Origin: Luteitalea sp. | GTDB lineage: Bacteria; Acidobacteriota; Vicinamibacteria; Vicinamibacterales; CAVVIG01 | DNA: 64,000 nucleotides | Direction: 5' to 3' | NCBI GenBank assembly: GCA_009380045.1 | Contig: WHSN01000003.1 | Location: 4,299-68,298, forward strand | Shown: positions 31,101 to 40,304 of the stretch, in pieces | How the letters are laid out: each line of letters opens with the position of its first letter | Numbering within the stretch: the first letter of the stretch is position 1 | Notes under the pieces: model-generated | What the model was told of the DNA's origin: nothing | The model's input: only the letters and a program-made list of their open reading frames with translations | Database searches by the model: none | Translations under genes and position numbers: made by a program

Positions 31101-31385
31101 ACCGCCTGCTTCGTGCGCCGGCCGGTGCCGGACACCGCCGAACCAGGAAACCAGGAGCGGAACACGGTGCGTGGGCCTGGCTTTGCCAGGACCGATCTGT
31201 CCGTGTTCAAGAACGTCGGCGTGTGGCGGGATCATCGGCTGCAGTTCCGGGTCGAGATGTTCAACCTGTTCGACCAGACGCGCTTTGGCCAGCCGGGCAA
31301 TACCATTGGCAGCTCCACGTTCGGCCGCATCACGACGTCCGACGACGGGCGGATCGTCCAGTTGGCGGTGAAGTACACCTTTTAG
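28152..31385 (+). CDS. TonB-dependent-receptor-like outer-membrane protein with N-terminal CarboxypepD_reg domain
   Basis: Signal peptide MRTFSTVLVVLCFCATAPAAALAQA, GSIAGIVTDESGAVLPGVAVEA..GADGHYSL, then EMPLNGRNFTQLGTLLPGV and a C-terminal ..VQLAVKYTF. The first 268 codons of the track ORF overlap the M20 gene out of frame and are rejected. Confidence 0.85.
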   Translation: MRTFSTVLVVLCFCATAPAAALAQATGSIAGIVTDESGAVLPGVAVEAINVATNQIRSARTGADGHYSLPVIDPGQHTVTATLSGFKLGQRTGVVVNVESTARVDLKLAVGGVEESLTVAATISLVETSKATLGLVVSQKEVVEMPLNGRNFTQLGTLLPGVIAPPAGLGGSGGDATPGGFGAATSGFSVNGMRNQSNNFLLDGASNNDTFNTGFVLRPPPDAIQEFKILTHSYAAEYGRNAGSVVNVVTRSGGNAVHGAGWEFNRDDALQARNYFAPSTQPKPKLTQHQFGGTLGGPIARDRLFGFGYYEGHRNTTGITQNLVVLSDAERRGTFNTAIRDPRTGLPFPNNTIPDARIDPAARQLIERFVPVANSGSNRYIASPDTTDDRDQFGTRIDYRVTANNSLLGRYIHSRTHSVQPAITRPIGTDARAALQDVMVSDTHVFASNRINQARVSYNRIGARPQATSGLSNAAFGISLPHNVPSAQGLANVEIIELFAGTPGIGGTGGLGDVQQPFVERLNETLQLADDFTWVHGGHSMKFGAEVQRQHMFIAFVNRPNGDFTFNGVHTGNAAADFLLGLPFRFRRTTANTSQDGHGWIYGGYVQDEFRPRADLTVSAGLRYEVSVPFVDKNGALNSFRPGQQSTRFPQAPRGLVYPGDEGVPDGTYETDKNNLAPRLGFTWDPTGSGRATLRGAWGIFYDTLAGQGDFFQNGVLAPPFTPLVEVTAPPAQLSLQNPLSAVAGGATLFPPGLTFIGWGEDFEQPSAQHFNLTWSQEIGRHFAAETGYVGSRGRNLPIFIEVNPGLYSPGQRSGGARLYPAFSLVRPTFSVGKSWYDSLQTSFRMRPTRGMSFLAAYTLGHAVDHVSGLNIGGEQRPVLPVTMGDDASIERALELEKGDALFDARHRFVISFSAELPTPASRSAIVNHAFGGWQVNGIVQAQTGFPFTVIDPVQTIRYLTNRPNVTCDPNQDAAHSVDQWFNTACFVRRPVPDTAEPGNQERNTVRGPGFARTDLSVFKNVGVWRDHRLQFRVEMFNLFDQTRFGQPGNTIGSSTFGRITTSDDGRIVQLAVKYTF

Positions 31386-31389
31386 CCAG

Positions 31390-32178
31390 ATGTCCGGGCT
31401 GTTTCGTCTCGACGGCAAAGTGGTCGCGGTTGTCGGCGCGGGCGCCGGGATCGGCGAAGCGGTCGCACGCGCCGCGGCGGGTCAGGGCGCGCGCGTGTTC
31501 TGCCTCGACATCTCGGAACCGGCGGCAAGGGCTACGGCTGCGCGCATTCGCCAGGCGGGCGGAACCGCGGATGCCGCTTCGACCGAGATCACCGATGCCG
31601 GATCGATTGACGCAGCGCTGCAGGATGTGGTCACGGCTGCGGGCCGGCTCGATGGGTTGGTCTGCACGCCGGGAATCAACGTGCGCAAGAAGCTGCTCGA
31701 CTACTCCGAGGACGAGTTCGATCGGGTCGTGCGCGTGAATCTGAAGGGGACGTTCAATGCGCTCCGGAGCGCGGGCCGGATCATGGCGGCTCAGGGCGCC
31801 GGCAGCATCGTCATCCTATCATCCATTCGTTCGGTCGCCGTCGAGCCTGGACAGAGCGTCTACGCGTGCACCAAGGCGGGCATCGTCCAGCTCGTTCGTG
31901 GCGCCGCGTGCGAGCTCGGACCTCGAGGCGTACGCGTCAACGCCGTCGGTCCGGGGGTCGTCGAGACGGCGCTCACCGCGCCGATCAAGTCAGATCCAGC
32001 CTGGTACTCGGCGTACGCGAACAAGAGCATCCTGAAGCGATGGGCGACTCCCGACGAGATCGCCGGGCCGACCGTGTTCCTGATCTCCGATGCCGCCAGC
32101 TTCGTGACCGGCACGATTCTGTTCGCAGACGGCGGCTGGCTCGCCGCCGACGGCCGCTTCACGCCTCCGGGCATGTAA
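31390..32178 (+). CDS. SDR-family oxidoreductase
   Basis: GKVVAVVGAGAGIGEA (TGxxxGxG-like), S..YACTKAG catalytic Y-x-x-x-K, 262 aa. Starts 4 nt after the receptor gene. Confidence 0.85.
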   Translation: MSGLFRLDGKVVAVVGAGAGIGEAVARAAAGQGARVFCLDISEPAARATAARIRQAGGTADAASTEITDAGSIDAALQDVVTAAGRLDGLVCTPGINVRKKLLDYSEDEFDRVVRVNLKGTFNALRSAGRIMAAQGAGSIVILSSIRSVAVEPGQSVYACTKAGIVQLVRGAACELGPRGVRVNAVGPGVVETALTAPIKSDPAWYSAYANKSILKRWATPDEIAGPTVFLISDAASFVTGTILFADGGWLAADGRFTPPGM

Positions 32179-32288
32179 GGCGCATCTCACCGCCGCGTAT
32201 CACGGCGCCAGCAACCGCGAAGCTTTCGATCGACACAGACGTCGTGTCCCGCAGGCTCGAGACCTGCCGCCGTGGTGCAACCGGTTGG

Positions 32289-33005
32289 TCACGCGTCGCA
32301 GAGCCGGCCGAATCCGTAGCCACGGGCCTTCAGCGCGGGAACCAGTTGTGCGGTCGCCTGGATCGCGTAGAGGCGATTGGCCGCCGGGTCCACATGATGG
32401 CCGTCGTGCAGGACGACGATGTCTCCTGGCGATACGCGCCGGGCCAGCCGCTCCGCCAGCTTCTGGGCATCGCGCCGCCGATACCAGTTCCAATCCCACA
32501 ACCCCCAGCTCCATCCGACGAGACGATAGTCGATCTGCTTCAACCCATCGTACATGGCGCCGCTCCGCCATCCGCCGTGCGGCCGGAACAGGCGGCACGG
32601 GCGGTGACCGGCGAGCGCCGCTATGCGATCGGCGTTACGCGTCAGCGTCCCGGCCAGCGCCGCCGGCGTCGAGAGCATGAGCGCCCGCGTGTTGGAGTGG
32701 AGCGCGACGGCATGTCCCTCCTCGAACATGCGCCGCACGATTGGCGCAGTCGCTTCCGTGAGGTGCCGGTCGATCAGGAAGAAAGTGGCGCGCGACCCGG
32801 TCTCTCTGAGAACGTCCAGCAGCGCGGGCGTCGCTGTTGGATTCGGCCCATCGTCATAGGTGAGGTAGACGAGCGGCGGACGCGAAGTGCGCGACATGTG
32901 CCAGAGCGAGCGGGACGGGGCGAATCGCTCGAGGAGAAACGGGAATGGCGCCGCGTGCGCGAGAAAGATCGTGGCGAACCCGGCAACGATCAACCACACC
33001 ATCAT
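32289..33005 (-). CDS. polysaccharide deacetylase (NodB homology) family protein
   Basis: LVYLTYDDGPNPTATPALLDVLRETGSRATFFLI and HAVALHS are NodB motifs. N-terminal TM anchor. Confidence 0.8.
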   Translation of the reverse strand: MMVWLIVAGFATIFLAHAAPFPFLLERFAPSRSLWHMSRTSRPPLVYLTYDDGPNPTATPALLDVLRETGSRATFFLIDRHLTEATAPIVRRMFEEGHAVALHSNTRALMLSTPAALAGTLTRNADRIAALAGHRPCRLFRPHGGWRSGAMYDGLKQIDYRLVGWSWGLWDWNWYRRRDAQKLAERLARRVSPGDIVVLHDGHHVDPAANRLYAIQATAQLVPALKARGYGFGRLCDA

Positions 33006-33199
33006 GTGCCTGCGGGACTCGGGCGACGGTCAGAGCGCGGAAACCCGCACCGGCAGTATAGCCGCTCGAGCGACCGGCCGCGACACCAGAGCACTCTTCG
33101 ATCTGCCGCAGCAGTCTTTCATCACGACGAGGAATTCCAAGTGTCCCCGCCAAAAGGCTTCGTGATCCCCGGCCTGTGCTCGTCGTTTGATATCGTCGG

Positions 33200-33892
33200 T
33201 CAGCGCACGGTTGCCTGTAAGAACGACACGACTTCCGGCCAGATTTGCGCCGCGAGTGTGGCATTCAATGTCCCCAAGGCATTGTGCGGCGCCATGAAGG
33301 CGTGGCCGGTGCCGGGATGGACGGTCAGCGTCACGTCCTTCCCCATTCCCCGCAGCTTGGCTTCGAGCGCACGAGCCGCGGCGGGAGGGAAGAAATCATC
33401 GTGTTCGGCCAGGTGCCCGCTGATCGACGCGGTCAGCTTCGACCAGTCCGGTTCCATGTCGCCGTGCGGGAACCCGTAGAAGGGCACGACCGCCCTGACC
33501 TTGTCGGGACGATTGGCGGCGACGATGAACGAGAGCATCCCGCCCATGCAGAACCCAACCACGCCAATGCCTTCGCTTGTGACCGCGCTGTGGCTGGCTA
33601 GATAGTCGACGGCGCTGCTCATGTCACGGCCTGCACGCTCGGGCGGGAGGTCCTGCATCAGGTGCGCCGCCTTGTCCATCTCATCGTGGCCGGCCAGCGC
33701 GCCGTGATAGAGATCGGGCGCGAGGGCGACGAACCCCGCAGCTCCGAGGCGATCCGCCATCTCCTTGATGCCGGAATCGAGGCCCCACCATTCCTGGATG
33801 ACCAGAACGCCCGGGCCAGAGCCAGCTGAGGGCTTGACGAGATACCCAGACGCGATGCTCCCGTTGCTCCTGAATTCCACGATTTCAGCCAT
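33200..33892 (-). CDS. dienelactone hydrolase family protein
   Basis: MAEIVEFRSNG..GVLVIQEWWGLD..ADRLGAAGFVALAPDLYHG..GVVGFCMGG..GTGHAF. Confidence 0.8.
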   Translation of the reverse strand: MAEIVEFRSNGSIASGYLVKPSAGSGPGVLVIQEWWGLDSGIKEMADRLGAAGFVALAPDLYHGALAGHDEMDKAAHLMQDLPPERAGRDMSSAVDYLASHSAVTSEGIGVVGFCMGGMLSFIVAANRPDKVRAVVPFYGFPHGDMEPDWSKLTASISGHLAEHDDFFPPAAARALEAKLRGMGKDVTLTVHPGTGHAFMAPHNALGTLNATLAAQIWPEVVSFLQATVR

Positions 33893-34017
33893 GGGCAAGA
33901 ATAACCGGATTGCCACCGATGAAAGCAGGGCGACGACCGGATGATCAGCCCGGTCGATGGAGCCGGCAGGCTGGCAGTCGACATGCATGTGTTCGCAGCG
34001 GCCGCAGGAGGTTCCAA

Positions 34018-34959
34018 ATGTCTTCAACGCCCGGACACGAACCGATCGATCGCCGACAATTTGGCCGGCATGCCGACATGGTGTCGATCGTCGGCGTTGG
34101 CGGCTATCACCTCGGCAATGTGAAGACGGTCGGCGAGGCCGTGCGGATCGTTCACGAGGCGATCGACGCCGGGGTCAACTTCCTCGACAACGCCTGGGAG
34201 TATCACCAGGGCGAGAGCGAACGGAGGATGGGACGCGCGATCGAGGGTCGCAGGGATTCCGTCTTCTTGATGACCAAGGTGTGTACTCACGGCCGGGACG
34301 CGAAGGTGGCGATGCGCCAACTCGACCAGTCGCTGCGGCGCTTGCGGACCGACCATCTCGATCTCTGGCAGATTCACGAGTGCGTCTACGGCAACGACCC
34401 GGAGCGTCACTTCGCGAAAGGCGGCGTCGTCGAGGCGCTCGAGCGGGCGAAGGCGCAGGGCAAGGTGAGATACGTTGGCTTCACCGGGCACAAGGATCCG
34501 GAAATCCATCAGCGCATGCTGTCGTTCGATTTTCCGTTCGACGCCTGTCAGCTGCCGCTGAACGGGTTCGACGCGAATTTTCGCAGCTTCCAGACGCGCG
34601 TGCTCCCGGAGCTGGCGCGCCGGAAGATCGCCGCGATCGGCATGAAGAGCCTCGGCGGTGACGGCCGTGTCGTCGAGAAAAGGGCGGCCCGAGTCGGTGA
34701 TGCACTGCGCTACGCGATGAGTCTTTCTGTCTGCACCACGATATCGGGGATCGACTCGCTGAAGGTGCTCCGTCAAAACCTGAAGATCGCGCGAGGCTTT
34801 TCGCCGATGAACGCCCGGGAGCGATCGGCGTATGAACGAAGCCTCGCCGCCGCCGCGCTGGACGGGCGGTTCGAGCTTTACAAAACGAGCGCCGAGCACG
34901 AAGGCGACGTCGGCCGCAAGCAGCACGGCTTCCCGTCGCAGGACGAGGTCGCGCGATGA
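34018..34959 (+). CDS. aldo/keto reductase
   Basis: GGYHLG..AIDAGVNFLDNAWEYHQGESE..DSVFLMTKV..DHLDLWQIHE. GGAGG lies upstream of the ATG at 34018. Confidence 0.85.
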   Translation: MSSTPGHEPIDRRQFGRHADMVSIVGVGGYHLGNVKTVGEAVRIVHEAIDAGVNFLDNAWEYHQGESERRMGRAIEGRRDSVFLMTKVCTHGRDAKVAMRQLDQSLRRLRTDHLDLWQIHECVYGNDPERHFAKGGVVEALERAKAQGKVRYVGFTGHKDPEIHQRMLSFDFPFDACQLPLNGFDANFRSFQTRVLPELARRKIAAIGMKSLGGDGRVVEKRAARVGDALRYAMSLSVCTTISGIDSLKVLRQNLKIARGFSPMNARERSAYERSLAAAALDGRFELYKTSAEHEGDVGRKQHGFPSQDEVAR

Positions 34960-35002
34960 CCAGCCGGCTCGACGTCGAAGCCTGCTGGATCACGAGCTCG
35001 AC

Positions 35003-35818
35003 TTATGTAGATCTGATTGCCAAGCGATACACCCCGGACGCCGGCATCGTGGCGTAGCCGTCGGCCACCAGCGCACGGTTGCCAAGTCCGGCGTCGGGCC
35101 GCGGCAGTCCCGTGACGCGGGCCATCTCGCCGGGAACCGTCATTCCCGCGCCGGCCAGGAAGCAGCGAGCGATTTCGCGGAGGGCGGTTTCTCGACCCAC
35201 ACGCCGCCGGAGCGCTTCGGGAAACCGTCCGACGCCAAGCGTCCAGATGTAGGTGAACTTCGGCTGATAGAAGACCTCGCTCGGCATCACGATCATGGCG
35301 GCCTGGAGGTCATCCATGGCTCGGCTGAACGCCGTGCGGTCCTTGACGCCGGAGGCATCTCGCAGGTCCGCCGTGCTGATCTCCCATTCCTTGCGGAGCA
35401 CCTTCAAGACCGCTTGTGCGTGCCGGCTCAATCGCCGTTTCTCGTCCGATCTGCGCACTCCCCAGACGGCGTGAAAGTAGGGGATCATGCGCGGCGCGAG
35501 GAACATGGCTTTGCCGCGCGCGAGCTTGCCATAGTAGATCTTGCCGCGCCCCACGATCTCGTCCTTCAGCGTCCAGGCGAGCGAGGCCTCGGCATCTTTC
35601 TGCACGTTGCGAGGCATGACCGCGTCGCGGCGGCCGCAGACCGCCACGTAGAGCGACGGTCCCGGTCGGCGCGAATCGGTCAGGCACGCGGCAAACCCGA
35701 TCTGCTCGATGAACCGTTCGGCGGCGATGGCGGTCTCGATTTGGCGCGTCGCTTCGCGGCGCCAGCGCTCGTCGCGGAACTCTTCAATCTCCGACGGAAT
35801 CTGTGGCCTTGGTCTCAC
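35003..35818 (-). CDS. hypothetical winged-helix protein (possibly YcaQ/AlkZ-related)
   Basis: 271-codon ORF with protein-like composition. The segment [43 protein letters not shown] resembles the wHTH of YcaQ-like proteins. The family assignment is from memory only. Confidence 0.5.
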   Translation of the reverse strand: MRPRPQIPSEIEEFRDERWRREATRQIETAIAAERFIEQIGFAACLTDSRRPGPSLYVAVCGRRDAVMPRNVQKDAEASLAWTLKDEIVGRGKIYYGKLARGKAMFLAPRMIPYFHAVWGVRRSDEKRRLSRHAQAVLKVLRKEWEISTADLRDASGVKDRTAFSRAMDDLQAAMIVMPSEVFYQPKFTYIWTLGVGRFPEALRRRVGRETALREIARCFLAGAGMTVPGEMARVTGLPRPDAGLGNRALVADGYATMPASGVYRLAIRST

Positions 35819-36023
35819 GCCGCTTCCCCCGGGCCATCACCGCGCCCGACCGTTCCCGACGGCCAGAAATGCCTCGGGTCTTGTTGAACCGCGCTGATAG
35901 TCATCGTACAGGGAACATAAGGTGTCTCTCTCTCGCTACCGCGATTCCGCGCTCGGCACGGGTGGCCGTGCAGCTGTCGTTCTAACGACGCCATGCCGGC
36001 GCGCGCCGCCGCGCGCCTTTCGC

Positions 36024-36233
36024 GTGCTATCGTGGCCTGGACAACCATTGCCACAGGCGACCTGTCCCACCTGTCCGGCGGAGCTCTCTTACGAATACTG
36101 CGGCAGGTGTGGCCAACGCCGGATCCATCCGCAGGACCTCTCGGCCCGCCACTTCGTGCGCGAGCTCACCGACGAGATCGCGAGTCTTCATTCGAAGTTC
36201 AAGATCCTGCGGCTGACCCTTGCGCTGGTCTGA
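36024..36233 (+). CDS. DUF3667-like zinc-ribbon N-terminus only (truncated gene or remnant)
   Basis: CPTCPAELSYEYCGRCGQRRIHPQDLSARHFVRELTDEIASLHSKF matches the N-terminal ~55 aa of DUF3667 proteins. It stops at 36233, 2 nt before the next gene, without the usual TM region. Confidence 0.35.
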   Translation: MLSWPGQPLPQATCPTCPAELSYEYCGRCGQRRIHPQDLSARHFVRELTDEIASLHSKFKILRLTLALV

Positions 36234-36235
36234 GC

Positions 36236-37993
36236 ATGAACTTCAAGAACGCCCTCACTGCTGGCTGCCTGCTGCTCGTGGTGTCCGCCTGCACGCTGTT
36301 CCGCCCGCCGGCCGAGCGCCTGACGCCGGCATCGGGGGTCGCGACGCTGTCGATCGTCGGCACCAACGATCTGCACGGGGGGATTTCGGCCAGAGACGAC
36401 CGCGGTGGGCTGGCGCTGCTCGGCGGCTACCTGAAGAACCTGCGCGGCGCCCGGACCCGCGACGGCGGCGCCGTACTGCTCGTCGACGCCGGTGACATGT
36501 TTCAGGGGACGCTCGAGTCGAATGCGACGGAAGGAGCATCGGTGGTCGCGGCGTACAACGCGCTCGGCTACACCGCTGCCGCCGTCGGCAACCATGAGTT
36601 CGACTTCGGCCCGACAGGGCCGGCGGCGACTCCGCGCGCGCCGGCAGACGATCCACGAGGGGCGCTGAAGGCGCGGGCTGCGGAGGCGGCGTTCCCGTTT
36701 CTTGCCGCGAACCTCGTTGACGTCGCGAGCGGCCGGGCGGTTGACTGGCCCAACGTGAAGCCGGCGGTCCTCGTCGAGGCGGCGGGAGTCAAGGTCGGGA
36801 TTATCGGCGTGATGACGCGAGAGGCGCTGACAGCGACCATCAGGGCAAATGTCGGCGGCCTGTCGGTTGCGCCGCTGGCACAGACCATCCGCGGCCACGC
36901 GACAGCACTGCGGACGCAAGGCGCCGCCGTGGTCGTTGTCGCCGCGCATGCCGGCGGCCGGTGCTTGAACTTCGACCGGCCGGAGGATCTCTCGTCCTGC
37001 GAGTCGTCGTCCGAGATCTTCAGCGTCGCGCGCGAGCTTCCGCGTGGTCTGGTCGACGTCATCGTGGCAGGTCATACCCATGCCGCGGTTGGCCACCAGG
37101 TCGAAGGCATCGCCATCATCGAGGCCTTGTCCGGCGGACGCGCGTTCGGCCGGGTTGACCTCGACGTCGATCGCCTGGCGAACCATGTCACGACCCGGCG
37201 AATGTTCGCGCCGCGTCAGATCTGCGCCCGTGAGGATCCGACGACGCGGACGTGCGATCCGGCCGCCACCGCCGGCACCCTGGTGCAGGCCGAGTACGAG
37301 AATGCGCCGGTCATGCCGGACGCCGCCATCGATCTCGCGCTCGCGCCGGCGCTGGAACAGGTCCGCGCCTTGAAGGCGCGGCCGGTCGGCATCGTTCTCG
37401 ACACGCCCGTCCGCAGGCTTGAACCCGATTCACCGCTCGGCAATCTCTTCACCGACGCGCTGCTGGCATCGGTAGCGGGCGCCGACGTCGCGCTGCACAA
37501 CTCCAGCGGCGGTCTTCGCGCGGACCTTCCCCAGGGTCCGCTGACCTACGGCAGCGTCTATGAGGTGATGCCGTTCGACAATCTCGTCGTGCCGATTCAA
37601 ATGACAGGACGGCAGCTCAGGCAGGTCTTCGCGACCCACCTGCAGAGGAGCAGCCGGGTCATCGGGTTCTCAGGCATCCGCGTTCGCGCGCAATGTTCAG
37701 GGGAAGCTCTCGAACTGGTGTTGATGCGGCCGTCGGGCACCCCCATCAGCGATGATGAGCCACTCGTGGTCGTGGTCAGCGACTTTCTCGCCACCGGCGG
37801 CGACGGCATACTCGCGCCGATCATTCCGCCAGGGGGATTTCCACTCCCTGACACTGCGGCTCTCGCACGTGACGTGTTCGCCGATTACCTGAATCGTCTG
37901 GGTGGACATTTGCGTCAAGAAGATCTGCTCGAGCCGGGCAACTCCCGATTGTCCGTTCCGGGCGCGCCGCCCATACGCTGTTCGACGCCGTGA
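36236..37993 (+). CDS. bifunctional metallophosphatase/5'-nucleotidase (UshA-like) lipoprotein
   Basis: MNFKNALTAGCLLLVVSAC lipobox. GTNDLHGG, DAGDMFQGT and GNHEFDFG metallophosphoesterase motifs. C-terminal 5'-nucleotidase domain (YEVMPFDN). Confidence 0.85.
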   Translation: MNFKNALTAGCLLLVVSACTLFRPPAERLTPASGVATLSIVGTNDLHGGISARDDRGGLALLGGYLKNLRGARTRDGGAVLLVDAGDMFQGTLESNATEGASVVAAYNALGYTAAAVGNHEFDFGPTGPAATPRAPADDPRGALKARAAEAAFPFLAANLVDVASGRAVDWPNVKPAVLVEAAGVKVGIIGVMTREALTATIRANVGGLSVAPLAQTIRGHATALRTQGAAVVVVAAHAGGRCLNFDRPEDLSSCESSSEIFSVARELPRGLVDVIVAGHTHAAVGHQVEGIAIIEALSGGRAFGRVDLDVDRLANHVTTRRMFAPRQICAREDPTTRTCDPAATAGTLVQAEYENAPVMPDAAIDLALAPALEQVRALKARPVGIVLDTPVRRLEPDSPLGNLFTDALLASVAGADVALHNSSGGLRADLPQGPLTYGSVYEVMPFDNLVVPIQMTGRQLRQVFATHLQRSSRVIGFSGIRVRAQCSGEALELVLMRPSGTPISDDEPLVVVVSDFLATGGDGILAPIIPPGGFPLPDTAALARDVFADYLNRLGGHLRQEDLLEPGNSRLSVPGAPPIRCSTP

Positions 37994-38071
37994 AGCGACG
38001 CGAATTCTGAGGCCGGTGGCGGTCGGCGACCTGCAGCGCTTTCAGTTCGCCGTAGCAGGCGGCTTCGACTC

Positions 38072-38407
38072 CTCCAAGGACCACGAAGCCGCATCGTTTT
38101 CAGCCGGTTGGTGAATGACGAATTCCAGATCTTTGCAGCCTGATGGCGCCACCGTGACTCAGCTCACCAAGGCGTCCGGCGACAATTCGCACCCGGCATG
38201 GTCGGCCGACGGCGAGCACATTCTGTTCAGCAGCTCGCGCTTCGGTTTCAAGGACGAAGCGCCGCTTGCCGACATGCCACAGCCTTACGGAGAGCTGTTG
38301 TCATGAAGGCCGACGGCTCTGAGCAACGGCCGCTGACCGACAACCAGTGGGAAGAAGGAACGCCGGCCTGGCAGCCAGCGCCGCGGACGGCCCCGGCGAC
38401 GAAATGA
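38072..38407 (+). pseudogene. PD40/TolB-like beta-propeller C-terminal remnant in three frames
   Basis: RIVFSRLVNDEFQIFAA-stop, then PDGATVTQLTKASGDNSHPAWSADGEHILFSSSR..PYGEL, then VMKADGSEQRPLTDNQWEEGTPAW. These are consecutive PD40 blade signatures, each in a different frame. Confidence 0.6.
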
Positions 38408-38516
38408 ACGGGACAGACGTGACGCTCGTGGTGCCGGACGCGACGTGAGAATACCACTGGAGGCAATCTCGGCGTCGTCGTCCGTGGTGTCCGCGAGCGT
38501 CTGACCTGAGGTCTAG

Positions 38517-39020
38517 TTACACCGCGGCAGGTGCATCGACGCCGCGCCACAGGTTGATGGTGTTCAGATCCTCACGGCCGCACGCCTTGAGGTAGAGGAA
38601 CAGTTGCATACGGTACGCGGCGCACCCGCCGAGCACCATTTTCGCGATGAAAGCGCCGCGCGAGGTCGCCATGCCGTCGAACCCGGTCATCGATGTCCGG
38701 AAGTCCTCGTCCGACATGTTGGCCAGCAGCGTTGCATACTGGTCCGCCTGGTCGGCGATCACAGCGAGGCTCTCGTCGAAATCCCGCCCTGCGGCGGCCT
38801 GGATCTCTGCGGCCCATGACGATCGGTCGAACTCCGTCATCGCGGCCTGCACCAATGCGGGCCCCATGAAGGTCAGGTACCGAAGCAAGTCGATCGTGCT
38901 CCGTTGCTGGGGGCTGGGCCGGTAATCGAGCTGTGCACGATCGATTTTGCCCGCCAGGTGCAGCAGAGTGCGGACTTCGTTCTGCAGTGCAGTGAGGAGC
39001 TCAGCTTTCGTCAAAACCAC
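38517..39020 (-). CDS. DinB-family (DinB_2-like) protein
   Basis: Four-helix-bundle pattern: LLHLAGKIDRAQLDYRP..STIDLLRYL...AAYRMQLFLYLKACG. 167 aa. Confidence 0.6.
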   Translation of the reverse strand: MVLTKAELLTALQNEVRTLLHLAGKIDRAQLDYRPSPQQRSTIDLLRYLTFMGPALVQAAMTEFDRSSWAAEIQAAAGRDFDESLAVIADQADQYATLLANMSDEDFRTSMTGFDGMATSRGAFIAKMVLGGCAAYRMQLFLYLKACGREDLNTINLWRGVDAPAAV

Positions 39021-39221
39021 TGGATGGCCTCCGCTGAAAATAGACGCGGCAGGATACCATGCTCACCCTGCCGAATCCGCGTCCCGCTGCGACGCGCTGG
39101 CGCCGCTGTCGCGGCAGCTCCGGCAGCGTGCGCATCTCAACGGACTGGCCGGCGATCGACAGGCGCGGTAGCCGAAGGGCGTGCCTGCTCTGCGGCTTCG
39201 AGGAAATCACCCCACTGTCTC

Positions 39222-39779
39222 TCACAACGCTCGAATCCTCACGTTCCTGAACTTCACCACTCCCGCGCCGTACTGGAGCGCAATGGGTCCGCGCGCAAAC
39301 TTCGCGTCCTCGGCATCGCGAACGGTGGTGATGCCGTTCAGCACCACGGTCATCTTCGGCCCTTTCGCGGTGATCTCGAGCGTATTCCACTTGCCCCCCG
39401 CGTTGACCATCGCCAGCGGTTTGGCCACGTTGACGATTCCCCCGGTCCGGTAGGCCGGGTCCGGCCGCTTGTCGTAGACGTTCACCTCGTACGCATTCGT
39501 CGCCGTGATCGTCTTCGGATCCGAGCAGCGGATGAACACGCCGCTGTTCGCCTCGTCGCTGACCCAGATGTCGACGGTCATCTGAAAGTCCCCGTAGGCC
39601 ATCGGTGTGACGAGGAAACCAGAGCCCTTCTCCGCCTGGACTTCGTCGCCCATCACGGTCCAGTTCGCGTCCCCGACGACGTTCCACGCCTTGAGATCGA
39701 AACCGGTGGCCTGACTCTGGGCGGCAATGCCAACGAGTCCCGAGAGGACCAGCGCGAGACTGAGAACGATCGGTGCCAT
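39222..39779 (-). CDS. DUF1080 (3-keto-disaccharide hydrolase-like) secreted protein
   Basis: MAPIVLSLALVLSGLVGIAAQ signal. GDFQMTVDIWVSDEANSGVFIR..NAYEVNVYD..GPIALQYGAGVVKFRNVRI is the DUF1080 signature. AAGGAG lies upstream of the ATG at 39779. Confidence 0.85.
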   Translation of the reverse strand: MAPIVLSLALVLSGLVGIAAQSQATGFDLKAWNVVGDANWTVMGDEVQAEKGSGFLVTPMAYGDFQMTVDIWVSDEANSGVFIRCSDPKTITATNAYEVNVYDKRPDPAYRTGGIVNVAKPLAMVNAGGKWNTLEITAKGPKMTVVLNGITTVRDAEDAKFARGPIALQYGAGVVKFRNVRIRAL

Positions 39780-39793
39780 GTCATCTCCTTTGC

Positions 39794-39943
39794 CTACGCG
39801 CCGGCGAGCGCCGGCGCCATCGGCTCGATGCGCCGTACGGCTTGCGCGGCCGCCGGGCTGAACCGGCCCACGGGCAGAAGGCCGCCGGCGCCGGCCGTCA
39901 TCTCCAACATCTGTCGGCGTGAAACGACGTTGCGCGACCGCAC
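39794..39943 (-). other. orphan twin-arginine signal-peptide-like mini-ORF (probable remnant)
   Basis: The GTG at 39943 gives VRSRNVVSRRQMLEMTAGAGGLLPVGRFSPAAAQA.. (SRRxxL then a hydrophobic stretch then AxA), but it stops after ~49 codons with no mature domain. Confidence 0.25.
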
Positions 39944-40236
39944 GCGATACTCCCTTGAAAGATCGAAGGAAGGCCCCGAGCCGGTGGCTCCTTCCTGGCT
40001 GAAGACAGAGACTACCCGATCGACGCGGTGTGTTCCAGGATCTGATTCGTATGGTCCACTGATCCACCAACAGAGCGAGGATCTGACGCTACTTTGTGAC
40101 GTTGCTCGACTGTCCGGACGGAAACCGCTGCGGCAGCGAACCATGCCAGCGGCGCGACGCGAGCGAGAGACGGGAAATCGACTCGGAAGCGCCGCCGACA
40201 AGCCGCTGGCGAGGCGAATTCCCGCGGCGCCTCCAC

Positions 40237-40304
40237 CCCCAGCGCGGTTGCCGCGCCGGGGGCCCGGGGCCTCGACCCCAGCGCGGTTGCCGCGCCGGGG
40301 GCCC
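40237..40304. repeat. 29-bp perfect direct repeat, two copies separated by 10 bp
   Basis: ccccagcgcggttgccgcgccgggggccc at 40237-40265 and again at 40276-40304, read directly. It lies inside a ~630-bp stretch with no credible gene. Confidence 0.95.

Noticed and set aside
40237-40304. Possible CRISPR array
   Set aside because: There are only two copies of the 29-bp repeat, the spacer is only 10 bp, and there are no cas genes in the window.
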